The translations under genes and the position numbers were made by a program. This document shows, piece after piece, positions 21,368-32,583 of a DNA stretch of 54,732 nt. Every line of letters starts with the position of its first letter. The first letter of the stretch is position 1. Under the pieces are notes generated by a model. The model had not been told where the DNA came from. It was given only the letters and a program-made list of their open reading frames with translations, and made no database searches. The DNA lies in assembly GCF_032118995.1 (NCBI RefSeq), contig NC_092652.1, positions 15,816,336 through 15,871,067 on the forward strand, read 5' to 3'. Origin of the DNA: Asterias amurensis (taxonomy: Eukaryota).

Positions 21368-21599
21368 TCAGAAAGCACACAGAAATAAGCAAGGGATAAA
21401 CAATGAATAGGGAGACAAAACGGGGGGTCTTCTTCTTAAACTTCTATTTGTACAAAGTTCTTGAAAAAATTATCATCTGTCAAAGGAAACAGCTAATCTC
21501 TCTCGTATAAACATTGGTTTAATGTCTATGATTATGAATTGCACAAATCAAGAAACTGTGATTCAGGAACTAGACGACAATATTTATTATAGTCATTTT

Positions 21600-21680
21600 G
21601 AAATCAGCGGTTAGCTGGGGGATTCGAACCCACAACCTTTTGATTGCAGGTCCTGCAGCCTAACCACTGGACCACAGTGA
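21600..21680 (-). mobile_element. tRNA-like sequence (minus strand), SINE family 4 head or tRNA pseudogene
   Basis: Reverse complement gtcactgtggtccagtggttaggctgcaggacctgcaatcaaaaggttgtgggttcgaatcccccagctaaccg. The acceptor stem does not pair. Confidence 0.45.
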
Positions 21681-21744
21681 CATTTTGATAACCGAGGAGT
21701 TCAAGATAATTTTTTTAAATGTGGGTGATATTTGTTGTTTCCAG

Positions 21745-21872
21745 ATATTTGAGTTCCAGTCTGATTCAGACATGGTGACGTGGGATGAGGCAAATCGACA
21801 GTGTATTAACATGGGAGCAAACCTCGCCAGCTTTCACCATCCTGATCAGCAAGCGTACCTCGTTCAACAATT
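21745..21872 (+). CDS. exon; CTLD-F N-terminal part (IFEFQSDSDMVTWDEANRQCINMGANLASFHHPDQQAYLVQQ)
   Basis: Acceptor ttgttgtttccag, donor gtaagt at 21873. ORF 21685..21876. Confidence 0.8.
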
Positions 21873-22336
21873 GTAAGTTGAGAGGAACATTTGCGCATAA
21901 CTGCCACCCATCCAAAGAACAAATTCCACACAATGAAGTAAGACCAAACCTTTAGAAATTCTCTTTGTGACAGCTATAAGGCCTCCACAAATGCCAACCA
22001 CATCATATTTTCTGTTTATACATTTCCTGTGTATTCTTCTGGTCAGTTCATCCAAAAAGCTCTTTTTATTATTTTAAGGAGTTCTAGTTTAATAAAACCA
22101 TTGATTTGTTTTTGTTAAAATCTCAATTGCTACTTTGCATACATTCAGCAAGACATTGATAACCTTTTTTATTGTGTTTATTTTATTTAAGTATGTACAT
22201 GTACAAGGTGCTCACTCTATTTGAAACTGGCTATGAATATTTGTTATCCATCAGCATCTATTGATCAATGTTATCGGATTGCTGTGGATAATTTGGGGTT
22301 AACATCTGTTAATACCAATTGTGTTTATGTTTGCAG

Positions 22337-22395
22337 TACACCCACATCTTCAAACGGATTTTGGATTGGACTGAATGACCAACGCAAAGAGGGGG
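22337..22395 (+). CDS. exon; CTLD-F middle (FTPTSSNGFWIGLNDQRKEG)
   Basis: Acceptor tgtttgcag at 22334-22336, donor gtaagt at 22396. ORF 22221..22481 has the same frame. Confidence 0.75.
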
Positions 22396-22897
22396 GTAAG
22401 TTTTGGTCTGGCATTTCTTACAATTTACCTTTATCACGCTGTCACCATCTTGGTCATGTTCCCTGTTTCCGATCCCAGTAATGAATGCTAACATTCACTG
22501 CGCATGGCACATTCTAATATTTCGCCCATCCTCAGTTTGGTTACAATGAGTTGAAATGGAGTAAAATCAAGATGGCCACATCGTGATAAAATGCTTATAA
22601 TAAGAACAATTAGTGTGCACCTGTCCCCACAGATTGATCCAGGCACAGTACACTTCAATGAAATCTAAAAACTAAAGTTCAGTTATTTTTTTACATTGGT
22701 TTGAATTGCTACATTTTGTATACCTAGTGATCACTTAACCTCACCCCAAAAAAATACTTTTGTAAAAAAAAAGCTGCTCTAGTAATACAGAAAGGCATGA
22801 GTGTAAATTACTTTTTTATTGCACATCAATAAAGGGAAGGGAAACAATAACACAAAATGCCAACAAATTGTCAAAATGGATTACTTGCCCTCATGGC

Positions 22898-23142
22898 AGG
22901 GGCCAATTTCATAGAGCTGCTTAAGCAAAAAATGTGCTTAAGCACGAAAATAGCTCGCTTATTTTACACATGTTACTGGCCAAAATTTCATGCCATATAC
23001 ATTGCTTATGACTAGTATTTAGCTGTTGTTTACTTAGCATAACAATTGAGTGGAGTCTTGGCCGGTAATCTGATTTTACTAAGCAATGAATTTTTTGCTT
23101 AAGCAAAATTTTTTGCTTAAGCAGCTCTATGAAATTGGGCCC
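22898..23142. mobile_element. MITE family C copy
   Basis: ggggccaatttcatagagctgcttaagc ... gcttaagcagctctatgaaattgggccc. Confidence 0.8.
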
Positions 23143-23200
23143 TGGTCTCAAGACCTCATCATGGTCTCGACAAGCAACAGTCTCAGTCTCGGACAGAAAA

Positions 23201-23442
23201 GGGTCCAATTACATGGCTATTGCTTAATGCCAGATTATGAGTGAACGGTCACCATTCTCCGCTTACTGTGCAAGCGCCGAATTTCTGCGCCAGCTGTGTA
23301 AGTGAAGCATGCCTAGTAACTAGAGTGCCCACATTGAAAATTCACTGCTTATCCAGAAAATATGCTTGACATAAGTGCAATTTCCCTACTTCTGTAAGCG
23401 CGATTCTTTGCTTATGATTAGCAAAGCCATGAAATCGGACTC
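23201..23442. mobile_element. MITE family C copy, CpG-rich subfamily, degenerate TIRs
   Basis: Similarity to 17969-18218. Confidence 0.6.
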
Positions 23443-23729
23443 TTGTCGCTAGTTAGTCTAGGCAGGCATAGACATAGACTTTTATTCAGTTCTCAACAGT
23501 GGCGTTGCCTGGAACATATTCTCATTCTCAGTAGGTGTTGGGACTGACGTGGGTTGTATCTGGACAAAATCGTCACAGCCCACATATTCCCAAATATTTT
23601 AGGGCCCAAGCCCACAGGGCCCAAATTTCACAGCTGATATACCTGTGTAAGCACAAAAATGAGCTAAGCAAAACAAAACTCTTCTTAACCAAAAAAAGGA
23701 TACCAGGAAAGGTCCATGTTCATACATGA

Positions 23730-24090
23730 CTGTTGTCCTGCTCGTTTCCTGCTGTGACACTTGTGTCCTTAAGCAAGACACTTAACCATTCGTCCTTCGG
23801 ATGGGACATAAAGCCGTTGGTCCCATGTGTTGTGTAACGCATGTAAAAGAACCCAGTGCACTTACCGATATCAAAAAGAGAAGGGGTTTGCCCCGGTGTT
23901 CCTGGCTGTGGCTGCTTTATGTGCCGTAGCACCTTGTAAACCCTTAGAAGGTGCTAAATAAATGGGTCTCAGAATTCCTCACTGCAATAACATATCTTTC
24001 TGAAAGTTTGTATATACTCAGCGCCTTGAGTACCTTGTTTGGTAGATACGTGCGCTATATAAGACTTTGATATTTATATATATATATTAG
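23730..24090 (+). mobile_element. SINE family 2 (same tRNA-like head, body ..ttcggatgggacataaagc..gttggtccc..tgtaaaagaacccagtgcac..)
   Basis: Similarity to 28620-29000 and 52686-53090. Tail gcgctatataagactttgatatt. Confidence 0.65.
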
Positions 24091-24150
24091 CAATACTTTC
24101 TGCTCAAACAGCTCTTTCAAGAATCCCACATGATTTTGTTTCTTGACCAG

Positions 24151-24321
24151 GTTATGCATGGAGTGACGGCACACAAGTTGAATTCACTGACTGGGCACCA
24201 GGAGAGCCCAATGATTACGGTGGCCAGGAGGAATGCGTGGAGATTTATCTGCAGTCCGACAATAAATGGAACGATCTGTACTGCTGGTATCAGAGAAACT
24301 TCATCTGCCAAATACCCAAAG
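24151..24321 (+). CDS. exon; CTLD-F C-terminal part with EPN...WND (GYAWSDGTQVEFTDWAPGEPNDYGGQEECVEIYLQSDNKWNDLYCWYQRNFICQIPK)
   Basis: Acceptor tcttgaccag, donor gtttgt at 24322. ORF 24130..24390. Confidence 0.85.
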
Positions 24322-25312
24322 GTTTGTATTTTTTTTTCTTACGGAGTACCCCATGAAAAAACATGCATAATATGCTATAGGGATAGCTAAGTCCTAATTT
24401 CAACAGACCATCCAATGATAAAAAAAAAACGAAAATAAAAGAAACTAAATAATAGTTATTGGACTATGCCTCACTCACTAGAAAGTGATGAGAGACGCAA
24501 CAATTAGCATCACACTGCAAACATAATTGCCGTAAAACAGGACCTTACTTACACATAAGGTATTTATTTACTCTTCATTTGAATGACTGTATAAAGCTGT
24601 GTTCCTATTGGACTATTTTAAGTACCACTACTTTTCTGTAGAATTACAAAATTAAATCCAATGGGACTGCATGGTAAACTGACCTCCCTGTCAACTTACC
24701 CCGACCGTGATGAAAAAAATAGGCCTAAAGAGGTCGTGGAAGACTTCCCCGCAGCCACGTACCTTTACAGGGGTGCTAACAAATCCAATGGAAACAGCTC
24801 CGCTCTGTAAAAACCTACCTCCACTTGCTATAAAACGCTATACAAACTTCACGAAATGTAAGTCCAGGTGGGAACACATGGTAGAATTACACAAAGTCAG
24901 TCACGGTCATTTCCCGCGCGGTAGCGGAAGTCGAATGGAAATATGGCCGTAGACGGAGATTGTTGACAGTGTGTTGTGTAATGCACGTCAAAAGAACCCA
25001 GTGTACTTATCGTGAAGACGAGTGGTTTCGCCCCCGGTGTTCCTGGTTTGATTGGCTGCATATTGTGCTACAGCACCTTGTTAACCATTACTGGGTATTT
25101 TGTTTAGAAAATAGTGTTATACATCAAAAACGTAGCTCCACATACCTTGCAGGAAAACACTGAATGTTGAAGCACCATGAGTGTTGCTGAGTGACGAATT
25201 TGTGGGCTATGAGAAGCCACTATTATTATTATTATTAGCCACAATGTGATAAAACAATTTCTCAAATTTAGTATTGTGTTTAATTGTTTCTTGTGATGCG
25301 TTTCTATTCTAG

Positions 25313-25354
25313 GGGAAAGCGTTATAACAACACCAGCCCCAACAATTCCAACAG
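25313..25354 (+). CDS. 42-nt linker exon (GESVITTPAPTIPT) with a GC donor
   Basis: Acceptor tttctattctag, donor cag|GCAAGT at 25355 (GC-AG intron consensus). Phase 1-1. Confidence 0.6.
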
Positions 25355-25632
25355 GCAAGTTAATATTGCAGTATAAATTTATAAATGGGAAGAAGAAAAA
25401 AACTAAACTGAAATAAACTTTTGATTTGTGCTGCTGTGTAGTCCAGCCTTGGATGGATTCACATAATGTTATCGCAGAAATCTGCTCACCAGGGGATTCT
25501 TGCGTATAATTGTATTGTATTGAGTTTTTCTTTTTAATGGAACAAACCCCATACCCTTGGGAAGGGTTACAACAATTTAACAAAGAAGGAGAGTTTAGCA
25601 TGATCAAATATTAAATTTTGTTTGGGTTTCCT

Positions 25633-26033
25633 TTAAAGGAACACGTTGCCTTGGACCAGTCCAGTTGGTCAAACATAGCGTTTGAAACTGTTTCTTTTGA
25701 AATGCATATGGTTAGAAAGAAATTTTAAAAGTACAACATAATGATCCAAACAAACATGCCTCGAAATTGCACGGTTTTCCTTTTATGTCGCGAACTAACA
25801 CGGTTGGCAGTTTATGGAGTCCAAATTTTGACTCCACATATAATGGCAGACAGTGTTTCTTTGCGATGTAAAAGGCAAACCGTGAAATTTCGAGGCATGT
25901 TTGTGTGGATCATTATATTCTACTTTTAAAATATCTTTAAAATGTCTTTCTTTATAAATGCATTTCATAACAAACGATTTCAAGCGCTTTTCAAAGACCA
26001 ACTCGACCGATCAAGGATAACGTGTTCCTTTAA
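25633..26033. mobile_element. MITE family A copy with TTAA target-site duplication
   Basis: cctTTAAaggaacacgttgcc ... cgtgttccTTTAActt. Confidence 0.8.
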
Positions 26034-26636
26034 CTTAATGCAGAGAATAAGTACTTCGTAACACAGTTCATAGTGGTTTTATCCTGAGAGCTCATTAGGA
26101 AAATAAATTTGTCCTTCTTAGATAAGATACTAAAATCTGTGTAACTTTGACCAATGGACAAATGATGGAACCATATAATTTCTTTCTGAATACAGTAAAC
26201 ATTGGGCAAAGGGAAATGAATTTAATTTCCGTTTCAACATCCTGTGGGAAGAATCGGGAAACAGTGTTAAATATTATAATGAAAGTATTCAATTCAATAA
26301 TACGTTTATTCCATACTCTTGTTGAAAAAAAAGAACAGCTGTGAGAATTAAACAGTCAAAATCTAAAGCGCATTAAATTGTACAGAAACAATATAATCTT
26401 AAAGGAAATAATAAATAAATAACTAGGAATTAACTATGTTCAAAGTAACTTTGAAGTATAAAAATTGACCGAATATTATTTTGAGAAATCCAATAAGAAA
26501 CTGCAGGACTTTCTCTGTGCTTTTCAACAATTTCATTATTTGACAGCAAATATGCATGTGGGTCAGGATTACTAGCCTTTGGAAAGTTGTTTCAAGGAAG
26601 AACTGTTGTAAAACAACTACTTTACTGATAACACAG

Positions 26637-27010
26637 TTAAAGACCTTGGACACCTTTGGTAATTGTCAAAGACCCGTCTTCTCACTTGTTGTATCTCAAC
26701 ATGTGCATAAAACAACAAGCCTGTGAAAATTTTAACTCAATTGGTCGTCGAAAGTTGCGAGAGAATAAAGGAAGAAAAAGCACCCTTGTCACACAAGTTG
26801 TGTGCTCTCAGATGCCTGAGGTCTCGAATTCAATTCAAATATTTTAGTGAGAAATTACATTACTTCTTCCTCAAAAACTACCTTAATTCAGAGGGAGCCA
26901 TTTCTCACAATGTTTTATACTACCAACAGCTCTCCATTTGTTCCATACCAAGTAAGTTTTTATGCTAACAATCATTTTGAGTAATTTCCGATAGTGTCCA
27001 GTGCCTTTAA
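26637..27010 (+). mobile_element. MITE family B full copy with TTAA TSD
   Basis: cagTTAAagaccttggacacctttggtaattg ... ccgatagtgtccagtgccTTTAAgag. Confidence 0.8.
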
Positions 27011-27283
27011 GAGTCACACAGATATAAACTGGTGATTAAAATTCACACTTGGGGTGGTTCTGAAAAGAACCGTTGGTTTCAACTCGACGTTTCGATCAGT
27101 ATGCGCTGATCGTCTTCTGGAGAATACTTTCATTGAGAGATACATGGTAGTCGTTACATGTTACCGCAAACCTTTCCATATTGTATTTCTACCATGCAAA
27201 GTTTTAAATCCTACTTAAAATTCACAGATTCACGTAATGCAAGTTGACTACATGTAAATTTTGCACCTTGTTTTTCGCCTCAG

Positions 27284-27459
27284 GTGACCCATGTCCAGGC
27301 AATGATAAATGGATTCATCGTGCCCCATACTGTTATTACTTCAGTCAAGCAATGGATGGTGTTCTTGGCTGGGCCGAAGCAGAAGAGTTCTGTCATAAAA
27401 ACAACGCACATCTGGTGTCTGTCCACAGCAACGACGAACAATCATTCCTCAAAAAATAT
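27284..27459 (+). CDS. exon; CTLD-G N-terminal part (GDPCPGNDKWIHRAPYCYYFSQAMDGVLGWAEAEEFCHKNNAHLVSVHSNDEQSFLKKY)
   Basis: Acceptor ttttcgcctcag, donor gtgagt at 27460. ORF 27244..27504. Confidence 0.85.
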
Positions 27460-27514
27460 GTGAGTTTGAAATGTGTTCATTTGACAAGTTGTATCGTAAA
27501 GTGAGGTGTGATCC

Positions 27515-27693
27515 CTGCAGCTGATTTCACGAAACGCTAGGATCAGCCCTACCTCGAACTAGGACGAGTAACTCATCCTAACTTGGGATGGGCTCAATGT
27601 GTCCTAACGTATTTGAATACAGAACTGAGAACCCGTCCAAAGTCCTAAGATTAATCCTAAGGTAGGAAGAATTTGGTGAAATCGACGGCTCGC
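27515..27693. mobile_element. MITE family D copy
   Basis: cctgcagctgatttcacgaaacgctagg ... tttggtgaaatcgacggctcg. Confidence 0.7.
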
Positions 27694-27969
27694 TCCTATT
27701 ATTATTAAATAAATTTGCCTCCGTGTTTGCCTCGTTTTTAATTGTTTCTACTTAAGTTATTATTCTAGAAGTTCTTGATACCTCTTTGTTCAATAGACCA
27801 TCTTTTTAATTATGTGTACACTGTATAGTCATTCTGAAAATAAATGCTAAGTTGAATTTAATTGATTAGTGACGATTGATAGTTTTAGAACCGGGTTCTT
27901 GTGACTACCAAACATTTTTATTTGAGTTTGGTTAAAAACTGGATTGTGATATTTTTCGTGTGATTTCAG

Positions 27970-28037
27970 GCGAGCTTCTTCGCTAGTGGTTACTGGATTG
28001 GTCTGCGGTCCAACTTGACTCACCCAGGGGAATACCA
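27970..28037 (+). CDS. exon; CTLD-G middle (ASFFASGYWIGLRSNLTHPGEY)
   Basis: Acceptor gtgatttcag, donor gtaagt at 28038. Confidence 0.8.
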
Positions 28038-28092
28038 GTAAGTTGAAGCCACAGACTTTGTTCAGTTGTTTCCCCTTTGAAAGACCTCTAAA

Positions 28093-28094
<2 letters not shown>

Positions 28095-28127
<33 letters not shown>
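28095..28127. repeat. (TAA)n microsatellite
   Basis: ataataataataataataataataataatag. Confidence 0.95.
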
Positions 28128-28619
28128 GCCGTGTTTATAACGCGATACAAAGCGCCAAGTAGTTACTGCAAAGTGAGTGGGACGGAGTTTGAATTAAGAG
28201 ACCTAATTCTTAGCACCATGTAATGGTTTACCTGGAACCCCTTGTGGCCAAGTAATAAAAAAGGAGTCTTACATTGCACAGATATCGACCAGTATGGTGC
28301 TCGATGTGCTTGTGCAGAAAGAAACTTTTTTTTAAGATTTATTTATTTATTTTAATTTATTTTTATTAATTTGGAGTGGACCATACAATATTTTTATAAC
28401 AAGCAGAGGCTGTCCAGGGAGTGGTAAAGGCAACAACAAAATTAATCAAATTGTCACACAGATATTGTAGAAAAAATTTAAAACTAAATATGTGACCCAC
28501 TAATGTAGCACCTTTGGGGGGTTACAGAGTGCTGCGCAGCACTTGGCAGCCACTGCCAAAAGCACCGCAGCGTATGTGCTGTTTTTCATGGTGTCTGCCA
28601 TAAAGACACCATACGATGG

Positions 28620-29000
28620 AAGTGTCATGGCCAAGGGATTAAGAACACTGAATTCAAACTCTGGTGTTTCTGTTCAGCAGAGTGTGGGGTCGAGTCCCAG
28701 TCATGACACTTATGTCCTTAAGCAAGACACCATTTCTTCATCCTTCGGATGGGATGTAAAGCTGTTGGTCCTGTGTGCTGTGTAACGCTTGTAAAAGAAC
28801 CTATAGTGCGCTTATTGAAAAGAGAAGGGCTTCGCTGTGGTGTTCCTGGTTTTATTGGCAGCATATTGGGCCGCAGCACCTTGTAAATTATTACATGGTG
28901 CTTCAAAGGAATAGGTCTCTACTAAAAAACGTAGCTCAACAGTGCAAGACAAAATACTGAGCGCTTTGAGCTACGCCCCTATGTGGCGCTATATAAGAAC
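28620..29000 (+). mobile_element. SINE family 2 full copy
   Basis: Head tcatggccaagggattaagaacac...cagcagagtgtggggtcgagtcccagtcatgacactt. Tail gcgctatataagaac. Accounts for ORFs 28543..28785 and 28775..28960. Confidence 0.7.
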
Positions 29001-29151
29001 CTAGTAATATGATGTTTTTGTAAAAAAATACAAAGTATTCAGTGCTTATGCACATTGGTATACACATCGGTGAAAGGTCAGAAACCAAATAATATTCTTG
29101 ATCCCGCTGCAAAGTTATTGTCTATTAACAAGTTTTCAATGTGTTCCTCAG

Positions 29152-29255
29152 GTGGGCAGATGAGACCAATCTAGACTTTGTCAACTGGCAAAAAGGCCAA
29201 CCAGATTCAGTGAACGGTGCTGAGCTCTGCGTTGAAATGAAGATGTTCCCAAACA
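29152..29255 (+). CDS. exon; CTLD-G with QPD (QWADETNLDFVNWQKGQPDSVNGAELCVEMKMFPN)
   Basis: Acceptor gtgttcctcag, donor gtaagt at 29256. ORF 29141..29407. Confidence 0.8.
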
Positions 29256-29660
29256 GTAAGTTCCCTTTTTTGTTTATTTTTTCTGGTTCACTTATTATTC
29301 ATCGTCGAATGAAATTAAGAACCCTGAGCTCAGATTATGGGGAGCTTTTCAGTCTGCGATTATTTACAACATACAGCGTAACTGCGAATGATTTTCAGAC
29401 AATCTGAAACAGTCACCGCTCAAAAAAATCAACAGTCGCAAGAGTAGAACAATTTCAACTTGTACGACAAAATCCAGATAGTTCAGAACCAATCACAGCA
29501 GGCCCACTATTTCTCAGTTGTTGTGACCGGAGCATATTTCATCCGCGCGTTGCCGACAATTTGTTGTGGGCGCAAGGAAATCGTAGGTCGACCTGAGGCC
29601 GGCTTAAGAAGCCACTATTATTTTTATTATAATTATATTATTATTTGAATTCATACCCAG

Positions 29661-29927
29661 CCGGTGAATGGAGAGACAACAACTGTGGCGACTGGGCAAA
29701 GTTCATCTGCCAGAAAACCGTCGACGACGTTCCTATGGTAACACATGCACCAACCACACCTCCGACTGGCGAGTGTCCAAACGGCTGGAAAAAGTACAAC
29801 AATCGTTGCTACACCATTGGTGGAAAGAACGAAGGATCCAAGAAGAATTGGCAAGATGCCAGGAAGGAGTGTCAAACCTTGAATGCAGCGGCTAGCCTGG
29901 CATCCATACACGATATCGCTGTGCAGA
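29661..29927 (+). CDS. exon; CTLD-G C-terminus (GEWRDNNCGDWAKFICQK), PT-rich linker, and CTLD-H start (ECPNGWKKYNNRCYTIGG...LASIHDIAVQ)
   Basis: Acceptor attcatacccag, donor caga|gtaagt at 29928. ORF 29645..30100 continues past the donor because the downstream junction copies stay in frame. Confidence 0.85.
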
Positions 29928-30240
29928 GTAAGTATTCCTTTCGAATAACAGTTTCCCTTGTCGCAAGCCTGGTGTCCATACACGATACCTCTTTGCAGAG
30001 TAAGTATTCATTTCGAAAACAGTTTCCGTTGTATACTTTCGCCAGCCTGGATATCGCCGTGCAGAGTAAGTATAGACCAATCCAGGCGCGCATTGCCTAG
30101 CACTTGCGCGCCTGGATTGGTCTATTCCTTTCTAAAATAGTTTCCCTTGTATACTATCGCAAGCCTGGCGTCCATACACGATACCACTGTGCAGAGGATA
30201 GTACATTTAGTCATTTCCAGAACACTTTCCCTTGTTTATA
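29928..30240 (+). repeat. tandem array (3 extra units, 66-75 bp) copied from the exon-end plus splice-donor junction of exon 29661-29927
   Basis: Units repeat ..agcctgg(c/t)(g/a)tccatacacgata.c..tgcagag|taagtat..cagtttcc.ttgt.. Units 1 and 2 keep cagaGTAAGT and are 72 and 66 nt, so they stay in frame. Unit 3 has the GT mutated (gatagt). Confidence 0.85.
30075..30124. repeat. 50-bp perfect palindrome inserted into unit 2 of the junction repeat
   Basis: agaccaatccaggcgcgc attgcctagcactt gcgcgcctggattggtct. Confidence 0.8.
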
Positions 30241-30468
30241 CATGTACTGTACAGTAGTATTGCAAAATAATACAAAAAATGTATCAGTGGCTATATTCTT
30301 TCTTTCGATGGGACGTAAAAGCCGTTGGTCCCATTTGTTGTGTAATGCATGAACTTCCAGGAAAAGGGGTTTCCCCCGGTTTGGCAGTGGCTGCGGAGTG
30401 CACAGCTGCTCCTTGTACCCAAATCATTTTTAAATATACCCTTACATGTACATCTTGCCCCTATGCAG

Positions 30469-30614
30469 CCTACTTGACAGCTGACCTGATTGATGTCAAC
30501 TTTGATGTGTGGATTGGTATGTCATCCCTTGGTAGCAGCGGAAACTTCCTGTGGGCAGACAACACACCGGCAGACTACTTCAACTGGGGCTTCAACCAAC
30601 CTGATTGGCCCTTT
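30469..30614 (+). CDS. exon; CTLD-H middle with QPD (TYLTADLIDVNFDVWIGMSSLGSSGNFLWADNTPADYFNWGFNQPDWPF)
   Basis: Acceptor cccctatgcag, donor gtaagt at 30615. ORF 30279..30692. Confidence 0.8.
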
Positions 30615-30626
30615 GTAAGTCATTTA

Positions 30627-30886
30627 GGGGCAAATTTCATAGAGCTGCTTAGCGACAAATTTTGTGCTTACTGTGCGATTTCTATTTCATAGACCATAAG
30701 CACATGAAAAGGCGTGCTAACCTTCTGGTGCGCACTGCACCAAAATAAATATCATTACAATGTTAACATGGTGAACGTGCAATTATGGTCGCTAATTTTT
30801 CTGCTAACTGCTAACCTGTACCTTAGCAACATTTTCTGCTGCAGTACAAAAATCTGCTTACCGCTAAGCAGTGCTATGTCGGGCCC
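30627..30886. mobile_element. MITE family C copy inserted 13 bp downstream of the splice donor at 30615
   Basis: ggggcaaatttcatagagctgcttagcg ... gcttaccgctaagcagtgctatgtcgggccc. Confidence 0.75.
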
Positions 30887-31795
30887 AGGTGTTTAGTGTC
30901 GGTTGTTTGCCTTATAGGCACTGAACACTATTGGTAATTACTAAAAAAATAAATGTTCGCAAAAAAAAATAACTTGGTAACAAGCAACTAAGAGCTGTTG
31001 ATAGAATAAAACATTGTGAGAAATGGCGCGCCCTCTGATGTAACATCATTTCTCACTCAAATATTAAACGCTTTCGGGCCTGAAGTCTTTTAAGGCATCT
31101 GAAAGCACACTAGTTTGTTTTTTCTTTCTCTAGGCCTGTCTCTTGCACTTTTGATCACCAATTGAGTCCAAATTTCCAAAGATTGTTTATTTTATGCATA
31201 TGTTTGGATACACCAAGTGAGAATACTGGTCTTTTCAATTCTTTATTTGTACATCTGTACATGTAAATGTAGATATTATATGTCCAAATTTCATTTCAAA
31301 AGGTGATAAGTGTATTTTAGATTTTGCCAAACATCTGGAGCATTTACGTTCACGCAGAAAGAATAATCTGTAAAACACAATCTGAGAAGCTTTACTGTCG
31401 GTAATGTTTCTCAGATTCAAACGTTTGTGGATAGTGATATCTTTTCCATTTAACCGCAGTACTTTGATGTGAAAAATGTCTCAAAATGAATTATACATGT
31501 ACTAAGTGCTTCTTTACAAGTATGTTTTAATTTTCATTAGTTTTCACTACCAACCATATACACGTACAACCCCTTTAGTTCGAAAGATTGCCTTTGTACT
31601 GGTACATGAACATGTCTGTCTTATTTTTTCAAAACCAAGGCTCTGTCATGATTGCATTTAGTTTGTTTAACTGTGGCGAAAAGTCAAAATGCAACCACCA
31701 CAACACAGCGTTGATGCAACCATGCTGTAAGATACAATTGTGTTTTACTATTTTGTTTGCTTTATTGTATTGTTTGATTATTTTGCATAATTCAG

Positions 31796-31907
31796 AAGGG
31801 AAATCGAACAGACTGTGTCTTGATGATGAATGAGGAAGAGGAACCAGGCCGCTGGAATGATGTGGACTGTATGGCCCTCAACAGCTACCTTTGTGTCATG
31901 AAACCTG
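31796..31907 (+). CDS. exon; CTLD-H C-terminus (KGNRTDCVLMMNEEEEPGRWNDVDCMALNSYLCVMKP)
   Basis: Acceptor gcataattcag, donor cctg|gtaata at 31908. This junction is the founder of the downstream minisatellite. Confidence 0.8.
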
Positions 31908-32530
31908 GTAATACTAACGTACAGTCTCATCATTAGTACTTTAACTTTGTGTCAAGAAACCTGGTAATACTAACATGCAGTCTCACCCTTGGTACTTTAA
32001 CTTTGTGTCAAGAAACCTGGTAATACTAACATGCAGTCTCAACCGTACCTTTGTGTCATGAAACCTGGTAATACCAACATGCAGTCTCATCATTAGTACT
32101 TTACATATGTGTCATGATACCTGGTAATACTGCAGTCCCATCCTTAATACTTTACCTTTGTGTCGTGAAACCTGGTAATACTAACATGCAGTCCCATCCA
32201 TAGTACTTAACCTTTGTATCATGAAACCTAATAATACTAACATGCAGCTCATCATTAGTACTTTACCTTGTGTCATGATACCTAATAATACTAACATGCA
32301 GCTCATCATTAGTACTTTACCTTGTGTCACGATACCTAGTAATACACTGTACTAACATGCAGTCTCACCCTTGGTACTTTACCTTTGTGTCATGAAACCT
32401 GGTAACTAACATGCAGTCTCATTCTAAGTACTTTAACTTTGTCTCATGATACCTGGTGATCACATGTACTAACATGCAGTCTCATCCCTGTAGTACCTTA
32501 CTGTTGTTTCATGAAACCTGGTAATACTAA
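31908..32530 (+). repeat. minisatellite, about 12 units of 49-60 bp, derived from the exon-end plus donor junction of exon 31796-31907
   Basis: Each unit: ..tttgtgtcatgaaacctg GTAATAC TAACatgCAG tctcatcattagtacttta... The last unit (32507-32530) precedes the true acceptor at 32583. Confidence 0.9.
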
Positions 32531-32583
32531 TTTGAAAGAAACAAATATTAGTTTTCTTATGATCAACCATGGTATCATTTCAG

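Noticed and set aside
25104-25607. 167-aa minus-strand ORF
   Set aside because: Antisense to the linker exon 25313-25354 and surrounding A/T-rich intron. Low-complexity peptide, no supporting features.
29645-30100. 151-aa plus ORF extending past the exon at 29927
   Set aside because: The open frame beyond 29927 comes from in-frame tandem copies of the exon-end and donor junction. The consensus donor at 29928 is the most likely primary site. The extension is kept as a finding about possible alternative donors, not as constitutive CDS.
31908-32530. CRISPR-like regular repeat array
   Set aside because: Eukaryotic intron context. The units are contiguous tandem copies with no unique spacers and are clearly derived from the adjacent exon-intron junction. 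It is a minisatellite.
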